DNA of 64,000 nucleotides. Source: Callorhinchus milii (taxonomy: Eukaryota). Made by a program: the position numbers and the translations under genes. The DNA is taken from positions 95,296,001 to 95,360,000 of the forward strand of contig NW_024704742.1 in assembly GCF_018977255.1 (NCBI RefSeq), read 5' to 3'. The notes beneath the pieces were generated by a model. It searched no databases. It saw nothing but the letters and a program-made list of their open reading frames with translations, and was not told the DNA's origin. This document shows, piece after piece, positions 53,829 through 64,000 of this stretch. Position 1 is the first letter of the stretch. The number at the start of each line of letters is the position of its first letter.

Positions 53829-55514
53829 AGGAGGGGGAGAGAGGGAGAGAGGAGAGGAGAGGGAGAGGGGAGAGAGGAGAGGAGAGGGGGAGAGAGGAGA
53901 GGAGAGGGGGAGAGGAGAGGGGGAGAGAGGAGAGGAGAGGGAGAGGGGGAGAGAGGAGAGGGGGAGAGGGGGAGAGGAGAGAGGGGGAGAGGGGGAGAGG
54001 AGAGAGGGGGAGAGAGGAGAGGGGGAGAGGGGGAGAGGAGAGAGGGGGAGAGAGGAGAGGGGAGAGGGGAGAGAGGAGGAGGAGAGGGAGAGGAGAGGGG
54101 GAGAGGAGAGGAGAGAGGAGAGGAGGAGAGAGGGAGAGGAGGAGAGAGGAGAGGAGGAGGGGGAGAGGAGAGGGAGAGGAGGGGAGAGGAGGAGAGAGGA
54201 GAGGAGAGGAGGAGAGGGGGAGAGGAGGAGGAAAGAGGAGGAGAGAGGAGAGGAGGAGAGAGGAGAGGAGGAGGGGAGAGGAGAGGAGGAGAGAGGAGAG
54301 GAGGAGAGAGGGAGAGGAGGAGAGAGGAGAGGGAGAGGAGAGGAGGAGAGAGGGAGAGAGGAGAGGAGGAGAGGGAGAGGAGGAGAGAGGGAGAGGAGGA
54401 GAGGAGGGGGGGAGGAGAGGAGGAGAGAGGAGAGGGAGAGGAGGAGGAGAGAGGAGAAGGGAGGAGAGGAGGAGAGAAGGAGAGGAGGAGAGAGGGAGAG
54501 GAGGAGAGAGGGAGAGAGGAGGAGGAGGAGGAGGAGGAGAAGAGGAGAGGAGGAGAGGAGGAGGAGAGGAGAGGAGAGAGGAGGAGAGGAGGAGAGAGGA
54601 GAGGAGGAGTGAGGGAGAGGAGGAGAGAGGAGAGGAGGGGGAGAGGAGGAGAGAGGGAGAGGAGGGGGAGAGGAGAGGAGGGGAGAGGAGAGGAGGAGAG
54701 AGGGAGAGGAGGAGAGAGGAGGGGGAGAGGAGAGGAGGAGGAGAGAGGAGGAGGAGGAGGAGAGGAGGAGAGGAGGAGGAGGAGAGAGGAGAGAGGAGGG
54801 GGAGAGGAGAGGAGGAGGAGAGAGGAGGAGAGAGGAGGGGAGAGAGAGAGGAGGAGGAGAGAGGAGGAGGAGGAGGAGAGGAGGAGAGGAGGAGGAGGGG
54901 AGAGGAGGAGAGGAGGGGGAGAGGAGAGGAGGAGAGGAGGGGGAGAGGAGAGGAGGAGAGAGGAGAGAGGAGAGAGGAGGAGAGAGGAGAGGGAGAGGAG
55001 GAGAGAGGAGAGGAGGAGAGAGGAGAGAGGGAGAGGAGGGAGAGAGGAGAGGAGGAGGAGGAGGAGAGAGGAGGAGGAGGGGGAGAGGAGAGGAGGAGAG
55101 AAGGAGGAGGGAGGAGAGGAGGAGAGAAGGAGGAGGGAGGAGAGGAGAGGAGGGGGAGAGGAGAGGAGGAGAGGAGGAGGAGGGGGAGAGGAGGAGGGAG
55201 GAGAGGAGGAGGAGGAGAGGAGGAGGAGGGGGAGAGGAGAGGAGGAGGAGGGGGAGAGGAGAGGAGAGGAGGAGAGAGGAGAGGAGGAGGAGGGGGAGAG
55301 GAGAGGAGGAGAGGAGGAGGGAGGAGAGGAGAGGAGGAGAGAGGAGAGGAGGAGGAGGGGGAGAGGAGAGGAGGAGAGGAGGAGGAGGGGGAGAGGAGGA
55401 GGGAGGAGAGGAGGAGGGAGGAGAGGAGGAGAGGAGGAGGAGGGGAGAGGAGGAGGGGGAGAGGAGAGGAGAGGAGGAGAGAGGAGAGGAGGAGGAGGGG
55501 GAGAGGAGAGGAGG
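53829..55514. repeat. About 1.7-kb polypurine (GGAGA/GGA)n tract
   Basis: Only G and A, apart from one T that I noticed at 54610. Confidence 0.96.
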
Positions 55515-55632
55515 CACTCGGGCGCTGCTCTGCCGCTGGAGTTTGACGCCTTTGCTCTGTGCATTCGGTGTAAACGTTAATGAAGGTGTGAGGCTGTCAG
55601 AGGGGGAGAGAGAGCCTCTGGACACCGCCTGA

Positions 55633-56499
<867 letters not shown>

Positions 56500-57142
56500 T
56501 GAGGATAATGTGATCAGAGCCGCTGCTTTACAATCTGTCCTTTCCACATAGAGAGTAATATTGAGAAGATGCTGTAAGTGTACACTGTGTCCTGTTACAG
56601 CAATAGGCTGTAGAGGCTCAGGGTACTGTACTTCCCATTCAAACTGTTGTCAGGGATTTGCGACTCCAAATTGTTATTGCACTTTGTTTCAAACAGGAAT
56701 CGTGATGCTGAATTCTTGAAACTGTGACAAATTGACCTGCTTAGGATTTAAAGTGCGTGTGTTCACACAGCCCTCGCCCTTACCTGATACAGTGGTATTG
56801 TTTTTAAGTCGTAAAGGAAGAGGAAGGTGGTCCAGTATTGGTGTGTTTACCTTGTGAGAAACATACACACACACACACACACACACGTGCAGCGTTTGTG
56901 GGTTCCCTATAAATCGCAATTTTGTGTTCTTACAGTTTAAAGTAAACAATAATATTTTATAGCGGAATTTCTCTGTGTGTGAGAGAGAAACAGGGAATTC
57001 GTTCCAAATTTGTCTTTTGAGCTTAATTTACAGGTATGTTTTCATATAGCACCCTCTGGTGAAAATGATGAATCCTGAATTTAAAATACATGTTTGAGTG
57101 CCTACATATAATTTTGGCAAAATTTGCTGATGCACAAATGAT

Positions 57143-57560
57143 TTTTTTGGTCAGTGGCTGTCTGATACATGTGGAAACTCATCTCTACTCGTAAAGATGT
57201 ACAAACCAAACCGAGTTGCATGCATTCCACCCACATGTGGAAATACCCTTGTACAGGAATGGAATCCCTGCTCACTCCCTGGAGGAATGCATCCTATTTA
57301 TGAAGACCTTAGACTCAGACTAGCAAGAGCCAAGATTTGGGGACCTGTTTGGGCTTGCGGGATTAACAGGAGCTGAGTGGGAAGAAGCTCTGCCCCCAGC
57401 GACTAGTCTGCCATCCAAGACCAAACAATAAACAAGGCTTATGTGCTATCATCAGCAGTGCGCTGGTGAACTGTGGACCTGCCTGGCTCAGCACCCAGAC
57501 TATTGAGACCACATCAGAGGGTTGACTAAATTCTCACATCCCAAGCCAGTTCAGATCCAA
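57143..57560. mobile_element. Unclassified interspersed repeat, copy 4
   Basis: TTTTTTGGTCAG..TGTCTGATACATGTGGAAACTCATC start; CCAGACTA..GACCAC..CAGAGGGTTGACT end. Confidence 0.7.
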
Positions 57561-57578
57561 AGAGAGCCCACTTACCTA

Positions 57579-58260
57579 CAACAACAACAACAACAACTTA
57601 GATTTATATAGCGCCCTCCACACCGGAGGGCGTCTCAGAGCGCTTCACAGTAACGGATCCTGGGGCCGAGCCAGGGGGAGGGGGAGGAAGGTGACCAAAG
57701 GCGCGGTTGAAAAGAAAGGTCTTCAGCAGAGATCTGAAAGTGGGAAGGGAGGGAACGAGGTGAAGGGAGTGAGGAAGGCAGTTCCAGAGCCTCGGGGCAT
57801 AGTGGCTGAAGGCACGGCCGCCGAGGGTGGAGCGGAGGACTCGGGGGACGAGGAGGCCAGACCTGAAGGAACGAAGGCAACCGGTGTTGTTTTGAGGAGA
57901 GAGGAGGTCAGAGAGGTAGGGGGTTACAGAGGAGTGCAGGAATACGAGGGTGAGGATCTTGAAGTCGATCCTCTCTGGGACAGACAGCCAGTGCAGTCTG
58001 GCAAGGACTGGGGTGATCGGGGAGCGGAGTTTGGTGCGGGTGAGAATGCGGGCGGCAGAATTTTGAATGATCTGGATTTTATGGATGGTAGTGGATGGGA
58101 GACCGGCGAGGAGGGTGTAAGAGTAGTCCAGCCGAGAGGTGACATAGGCATGGACCAGAGTTTCAGCGGCTTTTGGGGAGAGGAATTGGCGGACACAGGC
58201 AATGCGACAGAGGTGGAAAAAGGCGGTGCTGGTAAGGGACCGGATGTGGGGGAAGGAAGG
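57579..58260 (-). mobile_element. 5'-truncated LINE2 (second subfamily)
   Basis: AAETLVHAYVTSRLDY..IQNSAARILTRT..LARLHWL..GGRAFSHYAPRLWN; (CAA)n tail. Confidence 0.9.
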
Positions 58261-59079
58261 ATAATTGGGGGTTGAAATTTCTGTGAAGTGCAGTGACTGC
58301 GTATTTGTAGGCAAAAGCTAATTTACACACAGCATGCCCCACAAGCAGTCTTGAAGAGAATGACCAATTTATTTGGAGGATTCCTCGTCAGCAAGTATAT
58401 TGAGTCTAGACCCTTTTTCCCAGTATTTTTGAGATGAGAGATCTATCACTCTGCTTTCTTTCAGAAGTCTCAATTGAACCATAAGGATCATCTAATAATT
58501 GCACAAGGCCCATCTCTTTTTAGGCACAGATTGGTGCTGTACATATCAAAAATAAGTGCTTCTTGAATAGTATGGGATAAATATCTTTGCTTTATTGTCA
58601 TCACTTTATTGTCATCGCACTTTTATGGAATGATTTAATAGAAGCAGAAAGTGCAGGAATAGCACACGGGTTTTCTCTACTTTGGACTCTGACTTTAACT
58701 TAGACTCTAAGACTGTCTTAGAGGATTGTTACTGCTTTGAAAATTTCAGTTGATCTGTAATTTGTGTACCAGGTACTGAAGGCAAATATATCTGTCAAAT
58801 AGCTGATGAGCAAACTTTGAGGCTTGGAATGACAACTGCTTTGAAGGCATTACCTGGGGTCTGGGTTCGGGAATACAGTACACGCTCATATCTCATATCT
58901 CTTGTTTTTCTGCACAATCGAGATGTTGTTTAGCTATACTGAACATGGAATATGGATTCCTAGAAACATCACAAAAATATATTACAATCAAGGCATTTAG
59001 ATTGTAGATTACATGAAGACAGTTTATAACATCATCTGTGTATCAGTTATAATAATTGTTGTGCTTGACATGATGCTTA

Positions 59080-59470
59080 ATCACTTTGTAGCAATGTATC
59101 AAATTGCTTCAAAGCATTTACTGTAAAGTGGTGTGACTGAATTTGTAGGTGAATGCAGCAACTAGTTTGCAAATAAACAATATCCCACAAACAGCCATAA
59201 AGTGAATGATTCATTTTTTTCGGGGATTGTTGGCCAGGACACCAAGAAAAACTCCTTTCTCTTTTCAAATAGCGTTCATCTGAACAGGCAGGTAGAACCT
59301 CAACTTAGCGACTCATCAGAAGGATGACACATCCAACAATACAGCACAACCCAGCATTGCGTAGAATATCAACTGAGACTGTACGAGTTTCGAGTCTGGC
59401 CGTGGAGCTTGAACCCACAATCTTCTGACTCACAGGCGAGAGAACTACCAACTGAGCGAGGTTGACATGC
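59080..59470 (-). mobile_element. Old Deu-type SINE
   Basis: Similar to 45130-45560, including the CTTGAACCCACAATCTTCTGACTC head. Confidence 0.65.
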
Positions 59471-61001
59471 AGCCTGGACTGTGATCTCAAAAGTAATTGT
59501 ATTATTGAGAAGTCGATGAATGGAATCAGGTTGTTGGTAGCTGTTATATGTGCGTGGGTACCTTATCAACTTATGTTAAATTATTAATGTCTGGGATAGA
59601 ACAATAGTAGGCCTCCTTTGTAACATTGTTTGCTTAGAAGTAATATAAAATACAGAATTAATTCACATCTGTTGTTGATCAATCAATCAATTGAATGATG
59701 TTTAAAATCACATGTTGTTTGACTTCATGCTCACCAAGATGGTAGCCTACTCTTCTTCAGTCATTGTCAACTTGTGTGATCTCAGACACTGTGTCATCAG
59801 GCGCTTAAAAGCACAGATTCAGGCAGAGCCTATTCAGTCCATCGAGTTTGCTCCGATAGTTGATAAGATCAAAGAGAATCTTTTAATCTATTTCCCGCCT
59901 TTTCTCTGTATCCCTTCAACCCTTACTTTCCAGCTATCTGTCTTACATGCCAATTGATTGTGCCTCTATGGCTTTCTAGGGAAACCACATGATCCATCAA
60001 AGCTGAGCCTGTCCTTCCCTAAGAAAGCTGATGCATTGCTGGGCAATATCAACTGAAAGCCAATGTAATCAACTAATTCCCTTTTATGGGATGGATCTTT
60101 GGAATCACCTGTAATGATTTGCTTTGGCTGCTGCAGGAGTGTATTAGAACATGCCCCATCTCCATGTCATTCTGCTGTTGATATTGATTATGCCATAGAT
60201 TTGGCCATGGGTGTTTAAGTTGCCTTGAACTGAATGTGGTTTGGCACCAAATGCAGAGCCAACAAAACAAGGCAACATTGCATCCTGGAATGAATGATTA
60301 ATGGTACTGTACCATATTATCACTCTGAGCTCATCCTGTTTTTTCCTTCACTCACAACCCCCACCCCCGCCTCCAGCCATCCAGTCCATCCAAGATAATT
60401 GGCAGATCAATATTCAGGTACCAAATGCTCATAAATGTATTCTGGATGAGACATCCAGTCAGCCATGGTGCCACTGTGGAATGTCTCTGAGTGCTTTATG
60501 GCTTAACAGTTATCTGACATTATTGAAGAAAACATCTTAAGTACTGAACAAGGTGACAAATGAGAGTAATAGATGCCTGATTCTTTTTAAAACAAATAGT
60601 GTAAGTCCTTTCCCACCAATTTACCAGGTCATTGATAATATTGTGGTTTAGTTTGATGGTGCTTATGAAACAAAGAACATCCTTTTGTTTTGTGAAATAG
60701 ATGGCTATTGTGTCACACTTTGATGTTTATTTAGTCCAGAGAACAACATTTTGGCTGATTTTTCTTCCTTGTTATTTCAAAAGTTTTGCTGATAAGAAAT
60801 AATAATGAAATTCTTTATTTGTTTTGCATTACATTACATACTAGACTATAGTAACAAAAAATGTTTGTATTTGTTTTAGTGAATAATGCTTTGGCATTCT
60901 TTCCCAGTGTTTTATTAAATCACCTGCTCAGCCCAGTTTTAGCCTTAGGTGTTTGTAGAAGCGCACAGTGGGGAAATATCAAGAGAGACTTACTTTCTAT
61001 T

Positions 61002-61550
61002 GGAGTCCCGTAGCGTAGTGGTTGGCGCGCTCGCCTCCTAAGTGATAGGACCTGGGTTCAATTTCTGGGCAGGGTGAAACCATAGGCAAGTTTCCTTACT
61101 CCACACGCTTCTGTTTAACTAGCAGTAAGTAGGAACCTGATTAGTCGATTTCCTGGGGTAAAGATCCCTCCCCCCAAAAAAAATTGTCACTCAGTCCCTG
61201 ATGGTTTGTTATGGACACGCTCTGTTGTGTGCAATTGGCTTCCGTGTTTCGCCCATAAAATACACTGTCAATTCACTTTACAAAATATTCTGTGAATTGC
61301 TTTGAGATGTCTCAACAATGCGATAATAATAATAATCCTTGCATTTGATTTAACGCCTTATCACTTCGTCCACACGTCTCAAAGCGCTTCATAGAATATA
61401 CTGTAAAGTGAATTGATTATATTTTGTGGGTGAAATGCGGCAGTCAATTGCACACAAACAAGTGTCTGACAAAGTCGTTGATTGAAGTGACCAATTTATT
61501 ATTATATTATGAAAAGACACTATATCAAATGCAAGGATTATTATTATTAT
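61002..61550 (+). mobile_element. Full-length SINE (+) with an antisense SINE 3' half (about 61325-61505) inserted in its tail
   Basis: A/B-box head at 61002; host tail resumes near 61510. Confidence 0.85.
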
Positions 61551-62009
61551 AGCCTTATCCCAAAGGAAAGCTGTTGAATTTATTTTTTGGCGAAACCCAG
61601 ATATGTAGTGTGAATTTTTGCATCTAACATTGTGGTACTTGCTTTTGGCACAAGGTGTCATTTTTGTTTAAGATGTGCTTGAAATAGTTGTGACGTTTCC
61701 AAAGGGAAGACAAGCGCAGCCACTGACAAGTTTTCTCTGCTAAGGTGGGGTTTTTGTGATTTTTTTTCCCCTAGTGCAGCTAATTTTCACCTATAAAGTT
61801 TATTTTCTGTAAACAAAATCACAGGGCATCATTATTGAAGACATGTCATAATAAGTACAACTGTATCATGTAAACAGTGGCACTGCTGGGATAATAGTGG
61901 TTAATTGCAGTTATTTTCTTGCAGGAATGAGTGGAGGAAAGAGTAACATTGAATCTCAGCCGTTTATGTGAAGTTCTGTTGTAAAATTATATATAGTGGT
62001 GTGATGAGA

Positions 62010-62367
62010 ATAACAATAATCCTTGTATTTTGATAGAACACCTTATCCCTTCATTGAGATGTCTCAAAGTGCTTCACAAAATATACTCCCTAAGTGAATT
62101 GAGTATTTTTTGTAGGCGAAACGCGGCAGCCAGTTGTGCATAGCGGTGTCCCACAAACAGTTATGGATTGAGTGACCAAATTTTTTTTTGAGGAATTATT
62201 ACTCCCGGAAAGCAATCTGCCAATCAACTAAAAACCGGGTTCCTGCTTACTGCGCTTTCAGTCACTACTCCCTAAAACTCTGGAACACTCTCCCTCAATC
62301 CGTCCACCTTGCCCTCCTCTCTCCCCTTTTTCAAGTCCCGCCTGAAAACCTTCCTCTTCAACCCGTG
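62010..62367 (-). mobile_element. Truncated SINE/LINE2 composite with the same junction as at 50170
   Basis: ...CCGGGTTCCTGCTTACTGC|GCTTTCAGTCACTACTCCC... Confidence 0.85.
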
Positions 62368-64000
62368 ACAAAATTATTATTATTTTATATTTTATTTTGA
62401 AGGGATAATTAATTATCCCCAAATCAGGTGGAGAAAAGGAGGAGAGAGAGAGAGAGAGAGCGAAGAGAAAAGGAGGAAAGAGAAAAAGTGAAGAGAGAAG
62501 GAAATTGAGGGGGTGGGGGGAGAGAGAGAGAGAGAGAGAGAGAGAGAACAAGGGGCAAAATACAAGGATCTGAAATTCCTTCAGGCCTTCATGTCAGTAA
62601 TGCCACTATTGTTAATAAAAAACGAGAAAGCGGTTAGTGAAGAACATAGCAGCTTCCATTCATCTGGACTGTTCTCTGTTCCTTTACAAACTGAATAAAA
62701 ATTGTCACTGTACAAAATAACAACTCTCTGTGGTATAAATACAGTATTCATAGACTTTTAAACAGTTGCAAAAGTTGACAAAAATATAGATTTAAGGCAA
62801 AAATTGTTCGACAATTCTACCCCCAAAATAATATACCTTTCCCCAGATGAATTATCCTTTTCTATAATTTAGCAATCAATTGATAGACTCCAAGATGCTC
62901 TTGTCGATGCGAGTGATTATGGACATTATGATGGCAATGGAGAGATTAGAAGCAACCTCTTCTAGTTTTTCATCCTCATTCAGCAAGACGGCTGAATATG
63001 AAAATCAGTTTCATTGTGGATATAATCAACTTCTGGAATGTCTGTAGCTAACATGCATTTCTGCCTTTGGCATTTGGAGAATATTGTGTTAGCTTTGCCT
63101 TCATTTCTGGTTTATAGAACTATTCTTGTTTGACTGATAGTGCAAATAATTGCATAGCACCAACGAATTATCACTTTCCTTTTATTTGATTATTTTCCAA
63201 TGAATAAATGCTGTGTTTGTAAATCATAAGTGAAACTACACAAAGGTAATTAAATTGATGAATAATAGTTTGAGGCGATTTGTGATTATTAGTATGTAAA
63301 TACAGTCTTGCTCATAGCAGCATAATGAACTGAAATGAGAACAGAACAGGGATGTAGAAATGAAGATTTAGGCTTTTGTCCATTTCTTTTCGTACAGACC
63401 AAGGAAACTTTAAAAGCTTCAAATATTGCTGGACGTACACATCCAGCTTGTGCTGGTTTCTTTTCAACAGCTTAGCCCTCCTGAAGCTGTGTGCCAGCTT
63501 GCTATAGATGTAGGAGCTGTCTTTATTTCTCATTTCCTTTGTTCCATTTCATGCAAAATAACTGGTTCATATTTGATTCAGAGAGGAAAGCCCGGGTGAC
63601 AAAAGCATACACTGAACAATAAGACAAGGGGTTGCAAACATATAGAGGATTGCAACAGAATAAACCAAATGAGCTAATAAAATAAGTGTGCCAAGGTTGC
63701 TTAAAGGTTTGGTTCTGTTGAAAAGTGCTGTTGTGACTTTGGTTGACTCCTCAAAGGTAAATGAATAAAAATCAGAGGAACATTTGGTTAATTGTTGGGA
63801 AAGTGGCAAAACAATGTTTATTTGATATTGGGTAAAAAAAAGTGTAAGGCTTGCAATGGCATATTGTGGCCCAGTATGAAGCTAAACTGCTTACATATCC
63901 TTGTTGACTATGCAGGTGTTCGAAGCAGGAGCAATATGTTTGCAGACTGGCCCATAGCTTTCAAGATAAATGGTACTAATGCCTTGACATCCTATTTTCC

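Overview
Eukaryotic (vertebrate) genomic DNA. The CR1/LINE2/Deu-type tRNA-SINE repeat content suggests a cartilaginous fish, possibly a chimaera (inference). Three protein-coding genes can be assembled by hand: (1) UBQLN1 (+), exons 2-11 at 7491-19475, with exon 1 upstream of the window; (2) a complete 5-exon gluconokinase IDNK (-), 32036-23239, 187 aa; (3) the first coding exon of FRMD3 (+), 55810-55914. The order and orientation UBQLN1-> <-IDNK FRMD3-> match the conserved vertebrate block. The rest is introns and intergenic DNA with many truncated LINE2, CR1 and SINE copies, a four-copy repeat family I cannot classify, and very large simple-repeat arrays next to the IDNK and FRMD3 5' ends. 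I see no new multi-gene system. The best unexplained structure is a perfect 72-bp inverted repeat bracketing UBQLN1 exons 6-7 (an in-frame 357-nt module, so a circRNA/skipping candidate), next to a perfect 65-bp direct repeat bracketing exon 8. Also notable are a SINE/LINE2 composite present twice and about 5 kb of Z-DNA-, G4- and H-DNA-prone repeats upstream of FRMD3 exon 1. Exon coordinates were read base by base. Mobile-element boundaries are approximate, and family names are from recognition, not searches.
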